NCBI GenBank assembly: GCA_028534125.1
Contig: CM052816.1
Location: 61,816,001-61,880,000, forward strand
From: Lama glama
Taxonomy: Eukaryota
Reading direction: 5' to 3'
DNA length: 64,000 nucleotides
Numbering within the stretch: the stretch's first letter is position 1; each line of letters begins with the position of its first letter. The notes under the pieces were generated by a model, which was not told the DNA's origin, searched no databases, and saw only the letters and a list, made by a program, of their open reading frames with translations. Of the stretch, positions 24,881-35,532 are shown one piece after another. The position numbers were made by a program, and so were the translations under genes.

Positions 24881-25634
24881 AAATAAGCCTCTATAAGCTT
24901 TAAAAATTGGTTAAGTAATTTAGAGGCTACCTGAAATGTGCTTGAACGTTGAACACTGAACATCGAGGTGTGCTTCAACACTGAACGTTGGTTAAGTGGA
25001 ATTGTCTACATTTACACAAATTTTTAATTTTCCTTTCCTTGTTGTTTATCCTAGCATATTTCCTTCATGTTATTTTGGGGCTTAAAACAATTCTCAAAAT
25101 AAAATAATAAAGAATATTTTCCTCTGTGTTTTTCTGTTAGTTCAGTTAAGAAATGTGAAGGCAGTAAGTTATAATAAAGTTAAATCTATCCACATTTTCA
25201 GATTGTATTCCATTTTGGAATATAAACTATAAAAATACTTACTGATTTTCAGTTGTATTTTCTATTAGAACTTCCAGACGGGGTGGCTAGTGAATATACG
25301 GGAGTTTATATCTAGGGGCTCTATATATTTGTATTCTACTGGCAGCTTAGTTTTAAAATTTAGTTATCAAAGGAGTATGTCCAGAATAGCAACACAAAAT
25401 ATTAGTACTAATAAGTTCTTAGACAGTAGTAACTTACTCACTTTACAGACTGAAAAACCTGAGGTTCAGAGGGGTTAAATGATTGTGCTAAGCTGGGAAT
25501 ATCAGAAAACCGATTTTTCCACAACCCAAAGTTTTTTCCTCTCTATATGCACTACTATGTGTAGTTTTCCTTTGTAGTGGAGATCACTGCAGATATGTTT
25601 CATTATAATCTAATAATCACTTTGGAATTATATA

Positions 25635-25995
25635 CAGTTGTCCTTCAGTATCTGTGGTTTCACAATCCTGGATGCTCATACTAAAATCCATGGATGTTCA
25701 AGTACCCTTAAATAAAAGGCTACACACATATTTTAAGTAACATGTGCATTTCTTCCCTGCACATCCTCGCATATACTTTAAATCATCTCTAGATTACTTA
25801 TAGTAGCTAATACAATGTAAAAGCTATGTAGATAGCTGTAAATACAGTGTAAATAGTATGTAAAAGTTGCTGGTGTGTGGTAAATTCAAATTTTGCTTTT
25901 TGGGACCTCCTGGAAATTTTCTTTTTCCAAATACTTTCTGTTTAAGCTTGGTTGAATCTATCGATGGGAAACCCATGGATACGGAGGGCTGACTG
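25635..25995 (+). mobile_element. MER2-type Tigger MITE
   Basis: Ends cagttgtccttcagtatctgtgg / ccatggatacggagggctgactg with TA flanks, and internal tttaaatcatctctagattacttat. Confidence 0.85.
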
Positions 25996-26059
25996 TACAT
26001 TTATAGTGCAGTGTGACCATTTATAAAATAGCATGAATACCCAAAATAGATTAAAAAAA

Positions 26060-26262
26060 CTTTTTTTAAAAAATTGAAGTATAGTTGAGTACAGTGTTGT
26101 GTTAAGTTTCTGGTGTACAGCATAGTGATTCAGTTATCCACATATATACATACATATTCCTATTCATATTTTTTTCATTATAGGTTATTAGAAGATATTG
26201 AATATAGTTCCCTGTGCTATACAGTAAGATCTTGTTGTTTATCTGTTTTATATATAGTAGTT
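26060..26262 (-). mobile_element. Short 5'-truncated artiodactyl-type L1 3' end
   Basis: attgaagtatagttg...gatattgaatatagttccctgtgctatacagta is the reverse complement of the 3' UTR type seen at 49200-49385. Confidence 0.85.
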
Positions 26263-26736
26263 AGATTTAATTCTCTAATTAGAAGGCTTCATCACTTTTA
26301 CTTTTATTATACATATAAAAAATTTTATCTTTTTTTCCCAGAGTATTTTGCTTTGTTTAGTTTGTAATTCAAACAGCAGTCATGTTGGTAATAACTTGGA
26401 GTCATAACAGCACATAAATTCATTACCACAAGGTATACACTATACTAAAAATCAATTTTAAAAAAGGTAAGTGAATTTATCTAATAAATTAAGAAATAAG
26501 AAAAGTTAGACTAGTAAAGATAGGTTTTGAATAATACACATTAAATTGATTTAAATTAGGCTTAATTGCCTTATTTTTACTAATGAAGTTTTTAATGATA
26601 CAGACTTTATCTAATAACTTTTTAATCAGATGGTTCTCCATTCTTTTTAATGATGATCACAAGAAACAATTACAGTATATAAGTGGTTATCGGGAATTAC
26701 TGAGGGACATGAATGGCCTTTCTTCCGGGGGCTCCA

Positions 26737-26755
26737 GCTTGCCACCTGCTGGCTG
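26737..26755 (-). promoter_or_regulatory. Candidate CTCF binding motif
   Basis: Minus strand CAGCCAGCAGGTGGCAAGC, within a small CpG-retaining GC-rich patch. Motif match only. Confidence 0.45.
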
Positions 26756-27329
26756 TATGCTACCTCACGATCCCTCACCAGGACCTCGGCGCCGGCACAA
26801 AGGCTGACTGATGTTGCCCCCAGGCCCCTCAAGAGAGCACTCTGCACTTCTGGATGGCGTGACCCACAGTTCTTATAGTTTGATGGCCATCTTGACAACA
26901 TCTCTATGTTGCCCTGTCATTCTGGATGTGGAAACTACAAATTATACACTCCATGTTGTAGCAATAAGGAAAACCCCCAAATGTTTCAAAATAAATAGAT
27001 TTCATGAAGACACTCAGGATACTGAAGAAAGAATTGCCATCTAAAAATCACCTAAGACTATGACTGCCTTAGCAAATTCAACCCTGCGGTGTACCATGCT
27101 TGCTAACAGTACTTAAAGGAGGGTTTTATTGTTTTGTAGTAAACTCCTTAGGTACTTTTCAAGTAATTATGAGCATTTACAAACTGGCTCAAAATAGTCC
27201 TTAAATACTTGCATGTGTGGTATGGCAGAGTATTCTTCACAACTTCTATGTGATGGAGGAAACTGAGGCAATAAAGTGGCTTCTAAAATACAAGAAGATG
27301 ACTCCTATCAGCACCAGCACCAGCACCAT

Positions 27330-27570
27330 TTTTTAGGACCTAGCATGTCTGAGACACAACACTAAGAACTCTGTGCCTGCTTTCTCGCTTAACTGAATGC
27401 TGTAACAACAGAAGGGATATTATCAGCTCTATTTTATGCGTGAGGAAACAGAAGTTCAGAGAGGTTCAGTATCTTGCCCAAGGTTATATGACTAATAAAT
27501 GACACAGCAAGGATTTGAAATCAGAGCTGTCAGACTTCAAAGACTGTGCTCTTTCTCTTCTATTACACTG
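27330..27570 (-). mobile_element. MIR SINE
   Basis: tgaggaaacagaagttcagagaggttcagtatcttgcccaaggtta matches the antisense MIR core. Confidence 0.75.
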
Positions 27571-28847
27571 CAAACAGTTACGGGGAGGGGGACACCATTT
27601 TGTATGAGAGTAAGGGAAACAAAGACAGTTCTGATGTTAAGGAGCTTTTAGGCTAGAAAAGGGATAAGCCACACTCTTTAACTGTGCTGTGGTACAAATG
27701 ACATCTGAGAAGTCCTGATAAAGTACTTATGAAATTTATGCAGAAGAGGGGGAGGGAAAGTTGGGTGGAGGAAGTGGCAGTAAAACCAGGTCTTGAAGGA
27801 GAAACAAGATTCAGCCATTCAGAGCAGGGAGAAGAGACATCATAACTAAAGCATGAAAACAACATAGCACAGGAGACACACGAGGAAGAGGAAAATTGTT
27901 TTGTGAAAACAAAGAACAGTTGAATAAGATGGGGGTATAAGGAAAATGAGATAAAAATTTGATCATGAAAGTCTCTGAGTGCCAGATTAAGGAATCCAAA
28001 CTTCATTATGGTAAGCAAGCAACAGCACAACTGTACCTTGCAGGTTTCTACTGCAAGGAAATTGTTCACTAGTGTTCATGAGCCTTTTACAAACTGAAAT
28101 GAAGTATGTTGAGCCATGCTAGATTTACTCATTTCTAAGACTTTTTTACAGGGTATTTTCTTATTATGGGACTAGCTTGAGTTAGTTGATAAAATTACAG
28201 TTCCAAGTTACAGTTCTAATATCCACATTTCTTTTAATCAGTACAAACAATGCACTTCTCAGTGGTTCAATGAACAAGAGAGCACAGGCAAGAAAGAGAG
28301 ACAGTGAGAAACTGACTCCAAAATCTTGTTGGGATTTCTCCCTAATTATTCTAGGAAAGAACTTTGAAAAATATCCTGGTAAAATAATTTTCCCACATCT
28401 ATCAGAATATTCTGATTTAAGTGTGAAAATATGTGCAGTTATTTGAAAGGACCATACTCAGTGTTTCTGGCTCTGTTCAGTGTCTCAGAATTTTTTTTTT
28501 TTTTACCTGCCTAGACCATGTTCTACGAATTCTGGTTCAGATTTCACTCCTGCTTCCCCAGTCTCCATCTTTAATGATCTCTCTCTCTAACAACTGAATT
28601 TTGAGATAAAATGAGAGCAGAAAAAAGGTCATCGAACTCTTCTTCATCTGAAGTTGACTGTGTCCAAATATGTTTTCTGAAACCTGGGGTTAGTGGGTGA
28701 GTTGGATGGGGGTCACCTTGCTCAATTCTAGTGGTAATGTTGTGAACTGTAGGCCAGCCTTCAGTCTGCTGATTCTGGCTTCAAGCTAACAGGTCATATT
28801 GCTTGTGGCTTCTTTTGTTTTATTTTTAAAGGAAACAATGTTTGCAG

Positions 28848-29072
28848 TTTTATAGTGGAAAGAGCATTGGACAGAAGATCTGCCTCCTCAAATCTACTGT
28901 TTAACTTAGGGTGAGTACTAAATATCTTTAATACTTGGTTTCTTTATTTGCAAAATGGACACGATAATACTTGTTTAATCTACTTCTCAGGACTGTTATA
29001 GAACTAAATGTAATGAGGCATGTGACAGGACTTTGTAAACTATTCATGTTATATAAATATGAGGTATTATTA
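28848..29072 (+). mobile_element. MIR SINE
   Basis: tagtggaaagagcattggac...ggtttctttatttgcaaaatgg...tacttctcaggactgtt. Confidence 0.65.
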
Positions 29073-29356
29073 CTTGGCAGAGAATACAGGGTAACATATT
29101 TTATGTCTATAAGCTACTTTATAGTTATGGTTCCCTTCGAATGATTAAATCTCATTTGAAAAAGCAAGGAGTAGACACAATATTTTTCATTTATTAACAT
29201 TCTTGTTTGAATAAAAAATATATCCATATATTAAATCAGATTTTCAAAGGACTAATAAAACTTACAATTGGAAGAAATGTGGAAAATCCTTTTGTGAAGT
29301 GAATTATCAAGACAATTTATATTTCTCTAAATTTGAATGTTCAATGTAGCATTCTT

Positions 29357-29461
29357 TTTGAGGGGGAGGTAATCAGGTTTGTTTGTTTGTTTGTTTATAG
29401 AGGAGATACTGGGGATTGAACCCAGGACCTCATGCATGCTAAGAATGCACTCTACCACTTG
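29357..29461 (-). mobile_element. tRNA-Ala-derived SINE (camelid vic-1-like), slightly 5'-truncated
   Basis: Same family as 6707-6835, with B box ggttcaatccc on the minus strand. Perfect 9-bp TSD agcattctt at 29348-29356 and 29462-29470. Confidence 0.9.
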
Positions 29462-31191
29462 AGCATTCTTAATTATGAGGCTTTCCTATAATTCTAAATT
29501 TGCTTAAGAATAACCAGTATCTGCCGGTATTCTGATAGGATGGAAAATGCTTTGATCCTATCTGTACTTGTAGCTACCCTTATACAAACAGTGCTTTCCA
29601 TGTGCCAGTCAATGTTTGAAGTGCTTCATGCATCATAACTCATTTAAATCCAATAGGGGAGTAGTGGCCACTAGAAAGACCAGGGCATCGCACTTGGAAA
29701 CCTATCCTTTCGGAAAAAGCTGAAAACTAAAAAAAGTATGTAATGAGTGAATGTCAGTGAGCTCTGACTAAGAAGTGCACCAAAGTTGGACCCGAGAATG
29801 TGAATTCCTTGAAGGAAGAACTACTCTGCTTTATTTGCCATTTTATGTTGAGAGCCTAAAGCAGTGCCTGTATGGTTTCAAGCACTTGATAAATACTATT
29901 TGAGTGAATAAAGTTTAATAAGAGAAAGTGTTATTTCAGAGGAAAGTGGCTTCTTAAAGAAAGTAATAGGAAGGGAGTGGGAAATGCTAGTATGACAAAG
30001 CAGAGTGGGCTGATAAACGTGATATCCCCAACTGTGAGAAGCTGCAATCATCAGGTGCCATCTTAGGCTTAATGTCTCTGAACATTTCTTATGTGGTACC
30101 TACAGTCAAAAAATGATCAGGAAACAAAAATATAATACTCATTGAGGTGGCTTATCAGCTTAAAGTCTCTGAACTCTATAGTATGAAAACTCATTTGCTG
30201 AAGAAGAAAATTATTTTAAATGTGCCTGTTTTCAAAAGGCGTTAATTAATCCTTTAATGAAGAAGGATTATTTCAGTTTGTTTGTCTGATTCATTTCATA
30301 AACTAAAGTCGTTACCAAAGCAATCTTAACACTTTTTTCTGGGTGAAGTGGAAAATTTCTCACCCTCTTATTTTGGATTAGAACATAATTACAGACACAT
30401 TCTCACTGATTAATTTTTAAAAAATCTTTGGCTTAGTCACAAAAAAAAGTCAACACATTGGATGGACTGGTTCAATATTTTGAATTAGCAACTTTGCATT
30501 CTATTCCCAGCTTTATTACTCACTGGAGTAAAGGCTTAAGTCAACATCACAAATGCTTTGTCTCTATTTTCTTAGATGGTAAGCTCAGTATTAATTATTA
30601 TCACCTTAAGAGTATGCAATGTAGTAAATTAATTAGTGTGATACACTGTTAAAATACCTAGAATAATAAGAGTGTGAATAACAGAAAAATAAGCAAGCCA
30701 ACCTTGAGAAATAATTTCTGAGAAACTAAGTTGATTGGATTCTATCCCAACAGTCTTCCCGGAATCATCACAAGATACCACAGGCTAACAGAGTCTTTGG
30801 CTGTAGTAGAGTAAATATTACAACCATGTTCTCTTCAACTACAGCCAAACTGGTAAGGATAAACATAATTATTCTCCTATATATGCCTCATATGCAACAC
30901 AGTACAATATGGAATAAAGTGTAAGGGACTTCTTCATGGATTTTGTAGAAGGGAAAGACCAAAGGACTTATTTTTGATGTTGTTTTGCTATAGCAGACTC
31001 AGCCAGTCTCCTTAAGTCATAGAAAATTCTGCAACTAAGGTATTCAGGAATAAATAAGCCAGAAAGGTGTGGTAAATAGACGATGAATGCTAATTTTGGG
31101 TTGGGATTATTTGAAAGGTGCCCAAACTATAAGGTTGTTTCCAGGGATAAAGTGTCATAATATAGCGCCTAATATACCCTGCCAAATAATA

Positions 31192-31407
31192 CAATTGACC
31201 TTTGAACATTGTGGAGAGTTAGGGGTGCCAACACTCCCAGGAGTTAAAAATCCGAGTATAACTTTATAGCGGGTCCTCAGTATCCATGGTTCCACATCCA
31301 CAGATTCAACCAATCGCAGATTATGTAGTAATGTAGTATGCATTTATTGAAAAATCCACATAAGTGGACCTGTGCAGTTCAAACCCTTGGTTTTGAAGGG
31401 TCAACTG
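31192..31407 (+). mobile_element. MER8/Tigger2-type MITE
   Basis: TIRs caattgacctttgaa / tgaagggtcaactg with TA flanks. Paralogous to 16187-16391. Confidence 0.88.
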
Positions 31408-31466
31408 TAATAACAAAACTTAAATATTATAATAAAACTTTTATTAAATATTTTTATTAGGTATTC

Positions 31467-31560
31467 ATATATATGTATATATACGTAAATACATAAACAG
31501 ATATATATATATATACACATATATATTTAGAGAGAGAGAGAGAAATAGAGAGAGAAAGAA
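31467..31560. repeat. Compound (AT)n/(AG)n microsatellite
   Basis: Directly visible dinucleotide runs. Confidence 0.85.
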
Positions 31561-31959
31561 TATAGATATTCTCGCCTTAAATTATTACAGTGAAGGAGAG
31601 GGTAAAAATGACTACATGAAAATTCCTTTCCACTCTATGTTCCAGACACACAACTTGCAAGACAAGAAAAGTTGTCATACTTTCTCTCATTCCCATGCAT
31701 TTGTATGCACTGCATCCTCTGTCTAGAACACCCTTATTCAGCTGACTTACTCACCTGAACCAGAAGCCTCAAAAATTCATAAAAGTGAAAGGTTTATAGT
31801 ATACAAATGACTCACTGAGAGGTGAAAAAAAATGTTAGAATGCTACTTGTGCTATGTTGTATCTTTTAAACTATTATTTTTGGGCATATGTTATGTATAG
31901 TACACAATATATTCATTCAGTGGTACTTACAGGAGTCTTAAAAACATTTTAAAAATAGA

Positions 31960-32575
31960 TATGTTGAGGGTAGGGGAGTATATATGTGTGGGTGGAGAGG
32001 GCTATATGGGAACTCTGTATTTTCTGCTCATTTCTGCTGTAAACCTTAAACTGCTCTATAAAAATAAAGTCTATTAAAAAATACATATATTGGAAGTGTT
32101 CACAATTTATTTTACAATCAAAATGTCCATCAATTGACAAATAAACAAAATGTGGTATTAGCCATAAAATGGAATGTTATTTAACCAAAAGGCAAGTGAA
32201 GTACTTGATACATCCTACAACAAAGATGAACCTTGAAAACATGCTAAGTCAAAGAAGCCAATCACAAAAAGCCACACATTAAATGATTCCATTTATGTGA
32301 ACTATTTAGAACAGAGAAATCTATGCAGACAGAAGGTAGATTAGTGGTTGCCTGTGTCTGGGGAAGGGGAGGCTGAGGCTGTATAGGAGACAGTAGAGGT
32401 ACTATCCATCCCTCTGGAACCATAATTTCTTTTTAAGATGATGAAAATGTTCTAAAGTTTTGGTGATGTTTGATGATATCTTTGAATATATTAAAAATCA
32501 ATAAACTGCACACTGTAAATGGGTGAACTGCATGGTATGTGAACTTTATCTCAATAAAATTGTTAAAAATAAACA
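31960..32575 (+). mobile_element. Two adjacent old L1 3' ends (L1MC/MD-like at about 31960-32080, L1MB-like at about 32100-32575)
   Basis: Each has its own terminal segment (...aaaataaagtctattaaaaaa and ...tatctcaataaaattgttaaaaa). Confidence 0.75.
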
Positions 32576-32909
32576 AACAAAAAACTTTATTCTACAGGTG
32601 TAATAAAACATTTTTTGGAGATTACTGGTCTCAGTAACCAATGACCCTACCAGGTTTAGGGTATCTAGAAAGATATGTTGCCACCTAGATTAACTGCCTT
32701 TTCTTTACTCCCTCAAACCTTTATGAGAATGCATACCATGCCATATTAACAACTGGTCATTTGTCTCTTTTATCTGCTCAACTACACACCTTAAATCGTC
32801 ACCCCACATCACAGTCTCAAATAATTTTCAGGTGGCTTAAGCAATTAAAAGTAAAAATAAAGTAACAGAATAACCATAGGAAGATATGGATGAATATTTA
32901 AAACCATAT

Positions 32910-33022
32910 TGACCAGATACCTGGGGAGCTTCAAAACATACTGACACCTGGGTCTCACTTCCTGAGCCTTGGAATTTCCAGGTGATTCTAATGTGCAGAA
33001 AACCACTCGAGAACCATCGGTC
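32910..33022. mobile_element. MER5-type hAT MITE fragment
   Basis: cctggggagcttcaaaa...ccaggtgattctaatgtgcag...gagaacca. Confidence 0.6.
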
Positions 33023-33029
33023 TACTGAT

Positions 33030-33560
33030 GAAGGAGAGATCAGGGAAGATATCTTAGAGAAACGATCTTAAACAACAACTTAAATATGAAGGCAATGTTT
33101 GTTACGTAGAGAAGACTTTCAGAAAGAGGGAGCTGTGACACAAAGGCTAGGGAGGGTGATAGGTTGGTATGTAGAAACACTTAGCCTGTATGGAGCAATG
33201 GATCCACAGTGAGAGATGGAACTAGTGTGGCAGCAACGTTTAGTCCATGTGGGGCCTTGTATGGCATGCAAAGGATTTTATCCAGTCGGAAATGAGACGC
33301 CATTAAAGAATTTTATGAAGGGGATTGACACATGATCAAGTTTGTGTTTAAGAAAAGCCACACACAGAATGCACTGGCAGGATCTGAGATTAGCAACAGA
33401 GATCTGTTGGCAGCCTGTTAGCAGGTTGTTAAAATAGCCCAACAGAAAAAAAAAATTGTGGCTAAAATGGTCACGGTAGGACATAAGGTATGGACTAGAA
33501 ACCAGCAGTAAAAGAGGTGGATTTTGCAAGAGAAATGTATGAGGAACAGATTTTTTTTTT
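33030..33560 (-). mobile_element. L2 fragment
   Basis: Antisense L2 text (ggccttgtatggcatgcaaaggattt; gacacatgatcaagtttgtgttt). Confidence 0.6.
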
Positions 33561-34569
33561 TTGAGGATATTGCAGTATTCTGAGATCTAAATCTAATTCT
33601 ATCCATTCAGAAAAATATGCAAACACTAATCCCTCACTGACACATGATAAATGATGCTTTTTTTCTAAAAATACTTCTAGGTATCTAGACAATAAAACAG
33701 TTTCCAAAATAAATATACCTGAGGTCTTGGATTTCACATTCATTTTAAGAAATCTGAAATTTTTAAATTGCTAAGTAAAATAATAAATTTCCCTGAGGTT
33801 ATAATTTCTACATTTTCCAAATTTCTTAAAAGAAAATTCAAACCTCAAAAAAAAAAAAAAAGAAACAAACAAAAAAATCAACTAAGTAAAATTAAAGCTA
33901 TCTTCTAAGGTACCATAAGCTCTGAAGCAAGATTTCAAGTCTATCCAAACAGTAGGTCCTTGACCACATTAAAGCTAGTGGTTTTCAAAGTGACACTGTT
34001 TTCTGATTCTATTTCATCAAAATTATGTACTACTCATGATTTCTCCCTTATACTGGTTATTTCTTCTACGTTGCTTCAAGCTTCAATAAATTATTGAACT
34101 AGTGAACTCGTGTTACAGACATAAAGATGTCACAGAAATGAGCCCTCTCATCTAGTCAGACCCATTTCTTCATTTCACTTCAAGAAGGAAGCTTTTTTTG
34201 ACTATAGTAGTATTTCTCACTGTTCTGAATGTCTCTAAATCTTATAGTTCATCTGCATACTAGACTTAGCATTTGAACTATCTATTAATTATGAATACTG
34301 TTTATTACTAATTATTAGTTATTAGTACTGTCTATTAATTATAAGTTTCTCATGAATTGGTCTTCCTCTACCCAGCAGAGGCTAGCTATTTTAGAATGAA
34401 GAGGAAGAGTTCTGTGGAGTTTTTTTCTGGCTTAGCACAGTGCTATTAGACATTTATTCTAACCCAGTGATTTTCAACTCTCTGGACTGTGACTTATCAT
34501 GGAAATAAGTTTTTCATCTGAGCTCTACATGCATACATGTTTGGTATATATAGCTAATATATAAAACTG

Positions 34570-34644
34570 TAAGATTGAACCATATGAAATTACTGACACT
34601 ATTGTTTACTTACAAAAATGGGAATTTCATATTGTTACTAAATA
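34570..34644. mobile_element. MADE2-like mariner MITE
   Basis: About 75-bp element with inverted arms ttgaaccatatgaaatt / aatttcatattgtt. Confidence 0.7.
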
Positions 34645-34746
34645 TAATGAAAAAATTTCACAGAATAATATTTACCCTTACTATATGTGATGTACTTTGA
34701 TGTTTTCTGGTCTATGCCATCCCATTAAATAAAAAATGTTGATTAA

Positions 34747-35532
34747 TATACAGAGAAAACTATAAGCCATTGATGAAGGAAATTAAAGAAGACTTTAAAA
34801 AATGGAAAGATACCCCATGCTCTTGGATTGGAAGAATCAGTATTGTTAAAATGGTCACACTGCCCAAGGCAATCTACAGATTTAATGCAATCCCTATNNN
34901 NNNNNNNNNNNNNNNNNNNNNNNNNNNNNNNNNNNNNNNNNNNNNNNNNNNNNNNNNNNNNNNNNNNNNNNNNNNNNNNNNNNNNNNNNNNNNNNNNNNN
35001 NNNNNNNNNNNNNNNNNNNNNNNNNNNNNNNNNNNNNNNNNNNNNNNNNNNNNNNNNNNNNNNNNNNNNNNNNNNNNNNNNNNNNNNNNNNNNNNNNNNN
35101 NNNNNNNNNNNNNNNNNNNNNNNNNNNNNNNNNNNNNNNNNNNNNNNNNNNNNNNNNNNNNNNNNNNNNNNNNNNNNNNNNNNNNNNNNNNNNNNNNNNN
35201 NNNNNNNNNNNNNNNNNNNNNNNNNNNNNNNNNNNNNNNNNNNNNNNNNNNNNNNNNNNNNNNNNNNNNNNNNNNNNNNNNNNNNNNNNNNNNNNNNNNN
35301 NNNNNNNNNNNNNNNNNNNNNNNNNNNNNNNNNNNNNNNNNNNNNNNNNNNNNNNNNNNNNNNNNNNNNNNNNNNNNNNNNNNNNNNNNNNNNNNNNAAG
35401 ATCTTATGGTAGCTCACAGAGAAAAAAATGTGACAATGAATATATATATGTTCATGTATAAATGAAAAATTGTGCTCTACACTGGAATTTGACACAACAT
35501 TTTAAAATGATTATAAATCAACAAAAAATGTT
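34747..35532 (+). mobile_element. Young 5'-truncated L1 (same family as 1-2642) spanning a gap
   Basis: ORF2 peptide [17 protein letters not shown] lies left of the gap and the family 3' UTR lies right of it. Perfect 16-bp TSD aaaaaatgttgattaa at 34731-34746 and 35533-35548. Confidence 0.95.
34898..35397. other. Assembly gap (500 N)
   Basis: Run of N. Confidence 1.

Noticed and set aside
34743..35495. Long ORFs of 194-250 aa
   Set aside because: Artefacts of translating through the N gap.
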